Numbered from the stretch's first letter, positions 1 to 13,152 are shown. The stretch is 64,000 nt of DNA from Eledone cirrhosa (GCA_964016885.1 OZ024741.1:104656001-104720000); one strand, 5' to 3'. The notes: generated by a model not told the origin, from the letters alone. Program-made: numbers and translations.

Positions 1-534
1 ATTATATATATATATATATATATATATATTTAAGGGTTAAACAAGGTTCATATGAATACATCTAAGAATCAGTTTTACACACATACATATATGTGTGTGT
101 ATGTATTTGTATGTATGTGCTTGTGTATATGTATGTATATATGTGTATATGTATATATATATGTATATATGTGTGTGTATATGTGTATGTGTATGTATGT
201 GTATATGTATATGTATATGTGTATGTGTGTGTGTGTATGTATTTATTTTTATGTATGTATGTGTATGTGCAATTGTGTGTATTGCTTACCACGTGTGTTT
301 GTTCATTTATTTGTTGCCTGTATCGCTGTCAACTGTATAATAATTTTTACATTCATTTTTCTTCTTATGTGACGGTATTTTTATTATTATATTTTTCTTA
401 TAATTATTTGTGTGTGTGCGTATGTAGGTGTGTGTACATATATCTATATTTGTACATGCATATGTATGCGTGTATATATGTGTGTATGTATGTGTGTGTA
501 TGTACGTGTGTATATAAGTATGATTGTGTGTATG

Positions 535-582
<48 letters not shown>

Positions 583-734
583 TATGTGTGTGTGTGCGTG
601 TTTGTGTGTCTGTGTATGTATGGATATGTTGATATATATGTGTGTATATATGTATGTGTATATGTATGTGTATGTATATATAGATATACATATATATGTG
701 TGTGTGCGTAAATATGTGTATATATATGTGTATG

Positions 735-825
<91 letters not shown>

Positions 826-830
826 GTGTT
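1..830. repeat. (TA)n/(TG)n/(TATG)n compound microsatellite, possibly part of a PLE 3' tail that ends in the HHR at 922-982
   Basis: Direct reading; the ORFs here are YI/VC/TH dipeptide repeats. Confidence 0.95.
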
Positions 831-921
831 TATTTTTCCTTTCCTTCTTTTTCCAGCCTCACTTTCATATGGATTATATTTTTGTTTTTAAAATCCAATG
901 TCAATAAATACACCAGGATTT

Positions 922-982
922 TTTCATTCTGATGATTGAAATCAAAATTTGTTTGCTTTTAAGAAACCACTGGTAAATGAAA
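922..982 (+). ncRNA. Type-I hammerhead ribozyme
   Basis: TTTCATT-CTGATGA(929)-TTGAAA...TTTTAA-GAAA-CCACTGG-TA-AATGAAA: 7-bp stem I, intact core, stem III ACCA/TGGT, GUA site. Confidence 0.75.
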
Positions 983-1000
983 TAATTGCCTTATGTTGTT

Positions 1001-1070
<70 letters not shown>

Positions 1071-1072
<2 letters not shown>

Positions 1073-2759
1073 TAATTTTGCGAGGTTTTTGATATGAAAT
1101 CGTGTGTCGAAACAAATATTGTTATACTTGGGAGGGTCATATTTGTGTAATAATATTACCAGAATTAATAACAGAACACACTCAAGTTTGATTTAGAACG
1201 TAGCACAATGGAACGCATCCAGCAGATAGCGATTCCATACCCCAGAGTATAACTGTAACTATCGACTACCCTTCCAAACACCCTAACAATAGACTATCTG
1301 TATTAGACACGGAACTCTGGATTAACACTATAGACGAGAGAGCCCATTTTCTCCACCCACACTACGCTAAACCAATGGCCTCCAAATACCTGATACTCAA
1401 AAACTCAGCAATGTCCAGTAGTGCTAAGTTTAATATTCTGATCGCAGACTTGGTACGAGTGATGAAGAACGTGTCCCGCATGTGCGACCCAACAGAAATG
1501 GAAAGACACATCCAACACTTCATCAACCGCATGCAGTTCTCTGGCTACAACCAAAGAGACAGAATCAGAGTATACGAAGGAGTCACGGAGAAGTATAAGA
1601 CCATCCTAAAACTGGACATGAAAGGAATTTTCCCATTATACAGGAGCAAATCATGGAATAGCTTAGATAGGACTAGACATAAGATAGGGAAAGCCACCTC
1701 ATGGTACGACAACCAGAGATACCAGAGTGTCATGTTTGTGGACGCTACCTCTGGAGGGAAATTAGCTAACCAGTGTAGAAAGGCCCTGAGAAAGACCCAC
1801 TTAAAGATTAAGGTGGTAGAAAAGCCAGGAACCACCATAAAATCCCTGATCAGCAAAACCTACCCTTTTAAGAAAAGCCACTGTACTAATAGGAAATGTA
1901 TTATATGTAAAGTAAACCCCCGGATAAACTGTAAAACTAGAAAGGGAGTCTATAGCATAAGAAGTACAGAGGGTACTTGCAGAAAGATGACAACAACATA
2001 CATACGTGAGACAGCTCGTAGCATAGGTGAGACAGCTCGTAGCATAGGATAGACCAACACTGGGGGGAACTAAAAGGACGAAAAAACGGTTCAGTACTAT
2101 ACGAACATGCCAGACAACAACACGACGGTAACATAGACAACATAGAAGTTAGAATAATATCTAAACATAGAAATGACCCAGCAGATAGGTAAATCAGAGA
2201 GGCCAGCGAAATAGAACTTAGAAGGCCAAGGCTAAACAGAAAAAAATGAATGAAATAACAACACCCAAACTAACAATACTGACCTAAGAGAAGTATAAAT
2301 AAATACATACACAAGCACAATAACAACAAACACATATAAACACACACTAGTAAACTAAGATAGAATATAATAACCAATACACAGTCACCCAAACACGAAC
2401 ACACATCAAACACTATACACACACGCAAACGCATGCGCAGAGAAGACAAAAAAAAAATAAACAGACTAAATAAAGATGGCATAGCCATACAATACAACAG
2501 GAGGAAACATAATAACACCACTGACGATGTTACAGATGTGCAACGAAAGAACTTTGTTAGACTATATATATGTGTTTGTGTCTATATTATATCTGTATTT
2601 TTGACCGTTGGTCAGTCAATGGTAACATGAGGACCGAATAAATTAAATTAACCGATATAAAAGACACAGAAGCGAAAACCAACCAAAGAGTGAGTGTGTT
2701 CTGTTATTAATTCTGGCAATATTTTTACACAAGTATGACCCTCCTCAAGTATAACTATA
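1071..2759 (+). mobile_element. 5'-truncated Penelope-like element (family A) with short inverted pLTR head (1071-1184), RT thumb + GIY-YIG pseudogene and 3' pLTR
   Basis: 1071-1184 is the reverse complement of the element's ORF-start region (2691-2759 and 3090-3178). ORF 1375-2052 has HYAKPMAS, a Cys-rich linker and VYSI...YIRETARSIG. Near-identical to 7772-9308; ends in (TA)n. Confidence 0.9.
2512..2560 (+). ncRNA. Hammerhead-like motif in PLE pLTR (stem I imperfect)
   Basis: CTGACGA(2521)-T-GTTACA-GATG-TGCAAC-GAAA-GAAC-TT-TGTTA; same position as the cleaner HHR of the sister family at 17243. Confidence 0.6.
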
Positions 2760-3867
2760 TATATATATATATAAATGATATATCTCTATGGGTACTTAGT
2801 ACTCAGAGAGATATTTACCTCATTTTTATATATTCTCCAATCTATGTAGAGAAAAAATTCGTTGTGCTTACTGCTATTTTTTTAGCAGCAAAGCCATCAA
2901 CAAGTCTGTAATATTCCCACTTTCACTAGCGGCCGGTTCACGTGTGGGTCACTTTAACGGCCATAACTCATACGAGCTGGTAGTTGGCATTATATTTTCA
3001 GACCGTGGGACTTAGTCCTATAGGATGGAAATAGCTATTTAGTCTGTTTATATATTTACGTATTTGTTTATTTTTTTGTTATTATTTCTGGCAATATTAC
3101 ACAAATATGACCCTCCCCAAGTATAACAATATTTGTTTCGACACAGGATTTCATATCAAAAACCTCGCAAAACTAATTCATCGCCGCTATGGCATTAGCT
3201 TGTGCCAAGTTGAAAGATTATTGAAAGACACTGTTTTCTGTTATATAAAAACTACAATAACAACAGAACAAATCCGCTTCTTAAAAGACTGTGTTTCCTT
3301 CAAAATATACACAACAAACATATCAAAACAAGTAAATAATTTATTATTAAACAAAACACAAGCTGAACGACTAAAACACACAATAACAGTTAATATGAAA
3401 AGAACAACATACACAAAAGTTAAAGAACTTTACAGAGAGAAACGCATTAACGGTAAGGAAGTTCGAAATCTCACCACACCAAACGAGAGGGATGAACTCA
3501 TGAGCGTCATTCGACGTGAAACGAAATTCGCCCGAAACGAATGCAATAGGCATTTCAATAAGAAATTAGATTGGATGAATAAGAAAAAACTAGAAAGAAA
3601 AATAGAATATTCACAAAAATACCCAGATGACATCAACAATATCCGTATGAAGAATTTACCAATGACCACACAGTAAATATTTATGGGAACACTTTAATCA
3701 GTGAACAAGAACAACAAATTCTGCAGCTACCACCAAGATTTGCTATCTACAAAAAGATTAACCCTATCGAGTGCAAAACGGAGCTGGAAAAGTGTTTCAC
3801 AAAAATACGTTGGAATGCAAAAGTAAACAACAACAACAACAACTATACGGACAACAACAACAATAAT

Positions 3868-3916
3868 AACTGTTTCTACTTTTGGCACAAGGCCAGAAAT
3901 TACCCAGTACATTACT
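3868..3916 (-). mobile_element. 3'-end fragment of the tRNA-derived SINE (family S1)
   Basis: TGTTTCTACTTTTGGCACAAGGCCAGAAATTACCCAGTACATTACTG matches 13362-13408. Confidence 0.8.
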
Positions 3917-4077
3917 GAATAACGATAGTAGTAATATAAACAATAACTCTGAGTATAGAAATAACAGCTATAATAGTAATAGTCATAACAATAGCAATAG
4001 CAGGAGAGTGAGAAATAGTAATAATGGTAATAATATTAACGATAGACAGAACAACAACAACAACCACAATAATAATA

Positions 4078-6190
4078 ATGATTTCTTTATTAACCACAAG
4101 GGTTTACATAAAGTAGACATTAAGGACAGTGCAGGACAATGCAGGACGGTACAAATGGTCATTTCTGCGTGTAAAAAACAAAAACAGAGGATGTAACAAA
4201 AAATAACAATGAAAAATTCCCCAATAGGGGGCAGACTTCGGAGGGACATTTGTGGAGAAAGCCCATTAAAAGGCCACAGTGACCTTGACCACCAGGGCAA
4301 GTGCCCTCTCCCAGTTTTCCACCTTTAATTTACAGACACATACTCAGAGTAGGCCCATTCACTCGAGCCATACTTGCTTCTCTCACCCATCTTTCAACAA
4401 AATGCTGGGAAGAGAGCACTTCCCTCTCTACCCTGATTTTCCTTTTCAAATAAAATTTGAAAAAGTTAATCAGGGCATCACCGAAGAGGTAAGTGCTCGT
4501 CTTCATCCCTTTCAAACGTGTCCACCATACTATCTCTTTCGCCATGGCCATCAGGTAGATAAAAACTGCCTGCCCTTCCCGGCTAAAGGAGGAGGGCGGG
4601 GCAATCCTCACGATGGACTCAGCTGATAGTTGGATCCGTCCTACACGTGACAGCAGGTGTTCGACATAAACCCACAAGTCAGCAATGCTCGGACACTGGA
4701 CGAGTGCGTGCAGAACGGTTTCGTCGACCTGCGCGCATCTCAGACATGCTCGGCTGACGGCACCTCCATGCCTGTAGAGTTTATCCCGAACTGGCAAAGC
4801 TCCTCGGTAGCACTACCAGGCCAGGGATTTCTGGAATTTGTTCATAGGCCCCAGCCCGAAAGTCCTACCGAAGAGATTGGCTAGTTGATTTTCGTCGACG
4901 GCTAGAATTTCTCCAAGTACGTCGTCGCTCTTCCCCTCCACTAATCCCCTATAGAACGCCAAGGTGGAGTTTCCACCGATCACATTGCCCGATTGGTCGA
5001 GGGATGTGAGCGCCTGAAGACATTCCAGTCTCCAAGCGCTCCCTCTCGGTCTTCGCTTGACCCAGGACTGCAGCTCCGTCAAGGAGACGAGCTGGGTAAA
5101 GACGTGTCTAGCAAACGGCGACTACACCTGATCACCGTCGAGGAAGAGGTGGAGATGTCGTAGCCTGAGCGCGTGTCTGCGCATCATCAGCCACGGCATG
5201 CCCAGCCCTCCACGTAGCGGGTGTTGACAGCAGATGGACCGCTTGACCATCGGAGCGCGTTCCTTCCACAAAAAGCGAAAGAGCAAACGCTCCAGCGCAG
5301 TCAGGCGGGGCTTAGGGCAAGGTACGACGGTCAGGCGGTAGTAGATGACAGACGCGATGTACGCGTTAGCCACCTCCTCTCGACCTTTCAGGGATAGCTT
5401 CCTCTCCGCCCATTTCTGGGTGAGAGAAGCCACCCTGCTCGTCACCTCGTCCCAGTTTTTGTCCGTCTGGAGGTCCGGACCGAACCAGACCCCTAGCAAT
5501 TTAACCGGTCCGTCCGTCCAGCGCCCGACGACGCTGTTGGACGGCATGGACCTGCCTCTCCAGGTGCCGAGCTGCAGGCCCACTGACTTTTCCTGGTTGA
5601 TCATTGCTCCTGTCACCGCTTCGTATTCTCTTAGTGTAGTGCCGATCGCCTCGATGTGTTTGGCGTTCGACACCACTACGGTGACATCGTCGGCATATGC
5701 TGACACGGATCTTCCGCATCCCAGTTCGTGCGGGACCCCCCTAAACGTCTCCAGTTTGTGCAGTAATGGCTCTAGAGTCAATACTTACAAGAGGGACGAG
5801 AGGGGACATCCTTGGCGGACCGAGCGCATGATGTTGAACGGTTCCGAAAGGTGACCGTTCACTCTCACCACAGAGCAGATGTCGCTGTGAATGGTAGCGA
5901 TCCAGCCTCTGAAGACGGGCCCAAAGCCAGCCGCCTTCAGGACTGCCGCTAGGTAACGATGGTCGACCCTATCGAAAGCTTTCGACTGATCTAAATTGAT
6001 CAAGGACCCACCCGTGCCAGGTTCCCTAGCTACCCTCTCTACGATGTATCGCATGAGGTGGAGGTTGTCGTGGATGGATCTGTCGGGAATGGCGCATGTC
6101 TGCGCCTCTTCCACCAGACCACCAACGACAAGCGCGAACCTCTTTGCTAGCACCTTGGCCAAAATCTTGAACTCTGTGTTTAGCAAATAC
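4078..6190 (-). mobile_element. 5'-truncated L1/Tx1-clade LINE (ORF2 RT C-half + CCHC zinc knuckle)
   Basis: LDQSKAFDRV, VRQGCPLS, AYADDV, KLLGVWF and CLRC..ETVLHALVQC. The minus-strand 3' end has AATAAAGAAATC followed by (ATT)n. Confidence 0.92.
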
Positions 6191-9063
6191 ATGTAGCAAC
6201 GTTAATGATAAACACAGCAACAACAACAACAACCAAAACAAGAAACATAATAAAAATAATAACCACAATGGTAGAAATAACAGTAACAACAACAATAACG
6301 GTGGAGAAAACAACAACAATACATCTAACAATCACAGCAACAATACATCTAGCAATCATAACAATAATAATAATGCTAATGATAGGAACAACAACAACAA
6401 CCACCATAATAACAATAATAGCAACACACACAACTACGACGATAGATATAATGACAACCCCTTAGAGAAACTATTCTTCAACCCAGCTGACAAAACATAT
6501 AAGATGGGTAATATCTATCCTACGAGGTTACCCTTTAATAAAAGGGTTTGTATACCACAACAAATAGATGACGAGACAGAGGCACAGTTCATCATAGCTA
6601 GAAATAAGATTAGACAAATAGTAGACCGGTTTACTAAGAGACAGAGCAGACCAGAGGTCCAACAACTTGGGAGGAAAACTGTAGAAGGCTTGGTTAGCCT
6701 CAAGCAGCGCACAAGGGATGGTGAGGTAGTATGTCTACCCACGGATAAGTCCGGTAGGATGTCAATAGACAGCATGCCGAACTACATCAAGGCTATGCAA
6801 CCCCACATCACCAACACGAGCGAAATTGCACAGCAAATACATGATGGGAGAGAGAAAATCCTCAACGCTCACATGATGATGTGGACCGACATCCTAAAGC
6901 CAAGCAGACGCACTGCCAATAACTTCCAGGCGTCTAACAATGGCATACCACCCTTGTATGGGCTCCGCAAAGACCATAAGACAGTCGACGACCCGACAAC
7001 AGGACCACCAACAAGACCTGTATGCGGAGCAAATATAGCTAGCAACTACAGGATCTCCTACTTCCTCTCAATGGTTATACGCCCCATAGTCAAGATGTCC
7101 CCAGATGTATGTGACAGTACAGAGGACCTCCTCAGCAGAATCAGTGAGTGCAACAAAAACCAAAACCTATCCAACTGCATAATAGGCAGTATGGATGTGG
7201 TGTCACTTACCCATTCATTAACATTGATTTTGCTGTGGAAAAATGTGTGGAGATGATCATTGAGAGTGAGGTGGAGTTCTGCGACGTCGACACAGACGAA
7301 CTGGGCCTCCTACTTAGACTTACCTACGACACTGACTACCTAGACAGCCATGACCTTAGACGTTTCTGCCCCAGTAGACCCAGAAGAGGTAGACCCCCCC
7401 CCCACCATAACGTCAATTGCAAAAAAGACTCCCATAGGAAGGTGGATTGGGTGGACCAAAAGCTATACGGACCCCCCCCCCAAAAAAAAAAAAAATGATT
7501 AGGTAAGAAAAATGGTCGCACATGCAATAGGGGCTAGTATCAAAACTATCCTAAAGGGCCACATATTCAAATTCAACGAGAAGATCTACACCCAAAATGA
7601 GGGAGCAGCCATTGGCGTCAGCATAGCTGGTAACGTTGCCAACCTTTTTATGGTATGGTGGGAAAAGAGACTCAAAGATTTTGATGAGAGCTCCATAGAC
7701 CTCATCATGTACTCTCGTTACGTAGACGACATCAATATAGTAATAAGGACATCCCCACAAGAGAGTACTAACAAGTTTGATTTAGAACGTAGCACAATGG
7801 AAAGCATCCAGCAGATAGCGAATTCCATACCCCAGAGTATAACTGTAACTATCGACTACCCTTCCAAACATCCTAACAATAGATTACCTGTATTAGACAC
7901 GGAACTCTGGAACACTATAGACGAGAGAGCCCAAATTCTCCACTCACACTATGCTAAACCCATGGCCTCCAAATACCTGATACTCAAAAACTCAGCAATG
8001 TCCAGTAGTGCTAAGTTTAATATTCTGATCGCAGACTTGGTACGAGTGATGAAGAACGTGTCCCGCATGTGCGACCCAACAGAAATGGAAAGACACATCC
8101 AACACTTCATCAACCGCATGCAGTTCTCTGGCTACAACCAAAGAGACAGAATCAGAGTATACGAAGGAGTCACGGAGAAGTATAGGACCCTCCTAAAACT
8201 GGACATGAAAGGAATTTTCCCATTATACAGGAGCAAATCATGGAATAGCTTAGATAGGACTAGACATAAGATAGGGAAAGCCACCTCATGGTACGACAAC
8301 CAGAGATACCAGAGTGTCATGTGTGTGGACGCTACCTCTGGGGGGAAATTAGCTAACCAGTGTAGAAAGGCCCTGAGAAAGACCCACTTAAAGATTAAGG
8401 TGGTAGAAAAGCCAAGAACCACCATAAAATCCCTGATCAGCAAAACCTACCCTTTTAAGAAAAGCCACTGTACTAATAGGAAATGTATTATATGTAAAGT
8501 AAACCCCCGGATAAACTGTAAAACTAGAAAGGTAGTCTATAGTATAAGAATTACAGAGAGTACTTGCAGAGAGATGACAACAACATACATAGGTGAGACA
8601 GCTCGTAGCATAGGTGAAAGGATAGACCAACACTGGGGGAACTAAAAGGACGAAAAAACGGTTCAGTCCTGTACGAACATGCCAGACAACAACACGACGG
8701 TAACATAGACAACATAGAAATTAGAATAATATCTAAACATAGAAATGACCCAGCAGATAGGCAAATCAGAGAGGCCAGGCTAAACAGAAAAAATGAATGG
8801 AATAACAACAACACCCAAACTAACAATACTGACCTAAGAGAAGTATAAATAAATACATACACAAGCACAATAACAACAAATACATATAAACACACACTAG
8901 TAAACTAAGATAGAATACAATAACCAATACACAGTCACCCAAACACGAACACACATCAAACACTATACACACACACGCAAACACATGCGCAGAGAAGACA
9001 AAAAAAAAATAAACAGACTAAATAAAGATGGCGTAGACATACAATAGAACAGGAGGAAACATA

Positions 9064-9110
9064 ATAGCACCACTGACGATGTTGCAGATGTGCAACGAAA
9101 GAACTTTGTT
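9064..9110 (+). ncRNA. Hammerhead-like motif in PLE pLTR
   Basis: CTGACGA(9073)-T-GTTGCA-GATG-TGCAAC-GAAA-GAAC-TT-TGTTA; perfect 6-bp stem II, imperfect stem I. Confidence 0.62.
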
Positions 9111-9304
9111 AGACTATATATATGTGTTTGTGTCTATATTATATCTGTATTTTTGACCGTTGGTCAGTCAATGGTAACATTGAGGACCGAATAAATTAAA
9201 TTAACCGTTATAAAAGACACAGAAGCGAAAACCAACCAAAGAGTGAGTGTGTTCTGTTTTTAATTCTGGCAATATTTTTACACAAATATGACCCTCCTCA
9301 AGTA

Positions 9305-9361
<57 letters not shown>

Positions 9362-9821
9362 GATATATCTCTATGGGTACTTAGTACTCAGAGAGATATT
9401 TACCTCATTTTTATATATTCTCCAATCTATGTAGAGAAAAAATTCGTTGTTGCTTACTGCTATTTTTTTAGCAGCAAAGCCATCAACACGTCTGTAATAT
9501 TCCCGCTTTCACTAGCGGCCAGTTCACGTGTGGGTCACTTTAACGGCCATAACTCATACGAGCTGGTAGTTGGCATTATATTTGCAGACCGTGGGACTTA
9601 GTCCTATAGGATGGAAATAGCTATCTGATGAAATTTACTTTCCGTTAGAAATTCTCTGAATTTCTAATCTTTTGTAAATGGAAACCGCCGGTAATAGCAT
9701 TGCGAACAGGTAGATATTTAAATCATTTTTTAATTTATTTAAAGGATTGTTTAATGTTTGTTTGTTCTGTTCAATGGGTTAAAGACATCTGTCAAATCAA
9801 TTAGTGTTGATGGTGATGGTG

Positions 9822-9858
<37 letters not shown>

Positions 9859-9864
9859 AGAGGA

Positions 9865-10084
9865 ACGATCGACTTTTTTGTCAAATCGGACCGAGGGAAC
9901 AATGTTTCCGTTGGTCTTTCCAATTGCTAATACTATCTATCGGTCGCAACTCCAGGTAGAAGGAGCAACGTGAAATAAAGTGTCTTGCTCAAGGACATAA
10001 CGCATCGCCTGGTCCAGGAATCGAACTCACAACCTTACGATTGCGAATACAATTCTCTAACCACTCAGCCACACGCCTTCACTA
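9865..10084 (-). mobile_element. tRNA-derived SINE (family S2)
   Basis: Minus strand: A-box TGGCTGAGTGG, B-box GAGTTCGATTCC, core GTCCTTGAGCAAGACACTT; other copies at 26353-26510 and 49040-49302. Confidence 0.85.
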
Positions 10085-10086
10085 TC

Positions 10087-10140
<54 letters not shown>

Positions 10141-10161
10141 TTGTGTGTGTATGTTTGTGTA

Positions 10162-10196
<35 letters not shown>

Positions 10197-10340
10197 TTAT
10201 TTAGGTTTGTTGGTTCACCACTGGATAGAATTGATCATTACGTATGGTCAACCTAGATGTAATATTATGGAGAGAACTCAACGTAATGCAACTCAACCGT
10301 CTTCGTTTGTATTGTTGGTGGTGCGAGTACGGAGTTAATT

Positions 10341-10718
10341 ATTATAAAATAACAGGAGGCTGGACTGGTGTAATTCCTTAAAAGGTTTATTATACTATGA
10401 TCATTTCAATGACCCGGTTCAGTGTGAATCCGGTGACATCATCAGGTATTCGAAATATAACAAAGGAATATAATAGACAAAATCCATGGGGCTGAAAATC
10501 AGAGACACGAGGGCGACCGAGCATTTAGCAGCTTCTACCTCTGTCGCCCTCATGTCTCTGATTTTCAGCCCATGGGTTTTGTCTATTATATTCCTTTGTT
10601 ATATTTCGAATACCTGATGATGTCACCGAATTCATACTGAACCCGGTCATTGAAATGATAATAGTATAATAAACCTTTTAAGGAATTACACCAGTCCAGC
10701 CTCCTGTTATGTTATAAT
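10341..10718. repeat. Fold-back inverted repeat (~178-bp arms) with a hammerhead on each strand
   Basis: 10341-10518 is nearly the reverse complement of 10543-10718. + strand: ATAC-CTGATGA(10614)...GAAA-TGATAA-TA-GTAT. The minus-strand copy has the palindromic stem III ATGATCAT. Confidence 0.85.
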
Positions 10719-10731
10719 ATATATATATAGA

Positions 10732-12468
10732 GGAGGAAGTTATAGTAGACTACATCAACTCCAGCCAGAACAACTTAAACTAAATAGATACGCCTTTAGC
10801 CTCGACGTTGTCTCCCTCTACACTACAGTCCCCGCTCATCCAGCTGTCGATTTATTGACGGACTGCGTGGTCGCAGAGGACATCCGCTGCTACGGTCTCC
10901 ATCCGACGGACATACACCAGCTTTTGTCCTTCACAGTGGACGACACGTACTTCACCTTCCACCACCACACATACAGACAGACAACAGCTAGAATGCCGAG
11001 CCCTCAACACCTGCCATTCCCATACCTTCTTCACCCGATATGTAGATGACATACTCATCCTTACATCATCCTGTGAGGAGGCGGATAAAATATACACGAT
11101 ATTCTCCAGCATGGACGCTAGTATAAAGTTCAGTATGGAACACCCCGATGACCGCGGATCCCTATCCCTACTGGACTTCCAACTCAGGGTAACAGAGGAA
11201 GGCAAGATCCACACCTGCTTCTATAAAAAAGCCGCCTGCAGGGACCTGTTCGTACATTTCAGATCGGCCCTCCCAGCCGGCGCTAAGTTCGGATACATAA
11301 GGAACGAATTAACACGTATCCGGAACAAATGCACTGACGTTAGAGACCGAGACACACACACCACACATTTCCTGGAAGTACTCAAACTTAACGGATACTC
11401 GACGTCCACCACGAACCGTGCCAGAAAGAACAGAGGACACCACACTCGAGGCACTAACACCTGCTTCCTGAAGCTCCCACACTTCAGTGACGAAACAACA
11501 ACAGCCATCCGCAGAGCTATCAGACGAGAGGGACTAGATATCCAACTAGCCCACTCGGGACCTTCTGTACGCGGACAGCTAACCAAAATACACTCCACCA
11601 GACATGTCAGCCGCTGCAGGCTAGCCAACTGCCCCATCAACGACACAGACCTATGCCACCAGGCTTACGTCGTATACAGATTAGAGTGCGACAAATGCAG
11701 CAACTTCTACGTAGGTAGTACCACCAGGCCACTTCACATAAGAATAAAAGAACACCTCAATACTAACGCTTCCTCATTTAAGAAACACCTAGTGAAATGC
11801 AAAAACACCGACAAAACATAACAGTTAGGATAGAAACTAAGGAAAGAAACCTCGGCAATCTTAGAATTAAGGAAGCACTGATTATAGACAAAACACAACC
11901 ACCAATCAATAATAGACTAGAACTCAACACCCAATTTATAACTTGATAGAGCACCTAGCCCCACACTTACACCCCCTTCTCACGCACACACACAAACACA
12001 CACACACGCGCTTACACTTCCACTTATTCTCTCTCACACACACATACACACACACAGACCAGGTTTAACATGATAGAGCATCTAGCCCCCACATTTACGT
12101 ATAGACATATCTTCTCACACTCACACACACATACTTACGCCTTCACGTATTCTCCCACACACTTAAACATACATGTACAAAACCCCTTTTAAAGGGAGAC
12201 TACTCTTTATCCACCTAACCTTCACTCTTTGACATTAGAGATAGAACAGAATCTCTATACCATTTCCTGTCAGCATGACTTGGCAAGCTATTTAGAACGC
12301 TGGTTTAACCACTTTACTTCCCTCCGAAGAAGAGATATTATCTCGAAAATTAAGGATGTTTAAATAAATTTAAGGTAAAAGACTAATTGTCAACAATATC
12401 TTTTGCATTTGCATTTATATTCTATATCCATACCTGCATTGTTTTGGCCTTACAACTACAAACGTTTA
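10732..12468 (+). mobile_element. 5'-truncated Penelope/Poseidon-type PLE (family C), RT + GIY-YIG pseudogene, CA-rich 3' region with HHR variant
   Basis: LDVVSLYT (~10800), RYVDDI (~11036), SIKFSME, LSLLDF, FYKK, VVYRLECDKCSNFYVGSTTRPLHIRIKEH. Confidence 0.88.
12321..12355 (+). ncRNA. Minimal hammerhead variant (CCGAAGA core)
   Basis: CCT-CCGAAGA-A-GAGATA-T-TATCTC-GAAA-ATT-A-AGG; palindromic AATT stem III; U4>C change in the core. Confidence 0.5.
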
Positions 12469-12547
12469 TATATATAGATATGTCCCAAGGCTCTGATACC
12501 ATCAACACCATAAACACAGAGCTGGTATATCTAAGAGCAACTGACTA

Positions 12548-12603
12548 ACTGCCTGATGAGGTCATAGCCATTCAATGGGTATCATCGAAATATATATAAC
12601 AGT
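12548..12603 (+). ncRNA. Type-I hammerhead in an isolated pLTR-like fragment
   Basis: ACTGC-CTGATGA(12553)-GGT...CCATT-C-AATGG...ATC-GAAA-TATATA-TA-ACAGT; palindromic ATATATAT stem III. Confidence 0.65.
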
Positions 12604-12671
12604 AAATAAAGGATTATTCATGCAATTGACTTATGTTTCGTCACTATATATATATATATATATACACCACC

Positions 12672-12714
<43 letters not shown>

Positions 12715-12753
12715 GTAAAAAATTGAACGGGAACAAAACAGAGAGGCAGTACG

Positions 12754-12823
<70 letters not shown>

Positions 12824-13152
12824 GCCAATCATTGTAAGTTTGAATCTGACATGCAAAAACACACATATATATATGAATAAAGTAAGCCCAAATCATAGTA
12901 GATTCAAATATCACAGAGAGGGGGTGGAATGAGGTGCAACAGAAATGAAACATAGATTACGGGTTAAAATATAGTCTAGATAGATGTGAAGCAAAACGAC
13001 GATATAATTTATAGAACACCCAAATGATTAAGAAGTCGACCTTAAGTAGGAACCATAACATTAAGAAATACATGAACGACACCACAACACTTTGTTTCGA
13101 AAATTTTGAAAGTAGGTTTATAAGTATGAATTTTCATTAGATTTTCGTAGTT

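Larger units (their letters stand above)
3107..8830 (+). pseudogene. PLE RT-GIY-YIG polyprotein, disrupted by stops, frameshifts and insertions
   Basis: ORF pieces 3107-3676, 6504-7256, 7148-7498 and 7512-8645 join into one PLE ORF. Confidence 0.88.
3080..9308 (+). mobile_element. Near full-length Penelope-like element (family A, Neptune/Naiad-like), interrupted by a SINE fragment and a Tx1 LINE
   Basis: ORF start MTLPKYNNI at 3107. RT motifs PTDKSG, LYGLRKDHK, PTRPVCG, GSMDVVSL, GAAIG, YSRYVDD, LPVLD. Linker CTNRKCIIC...NC, then GIY-YIG VVYSI...YIGETARSIGERI. 3' pLTR with HHR repeats the ATG region and ends in (TA)n. Confidence 0.92.

Noticed and set aside
52-932. Many ORFs of YI/VC/TH dipeptides (also ~12600, 17480, 22800, 33950-34780, 55900-56400 and 63025-63330)
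   Set aside because: Translations of (TA)n, (TG)n and (CATA)n microsatellites, which lack stop codons by composition
8460-8830. Selenocysteine-type (Naiad-like) PLE with in-frame TGA at Cys positions
   Set aside because: The Cys positions in the linker and GIY-YIG region are not TGA in the family A or B copies; the TGA near 2251 is a TGG>TGA decay
9620-9660. CTGATGA...GAAA motif at ~9625
   Set aside because: Stems I and III cannot be formed convincingly
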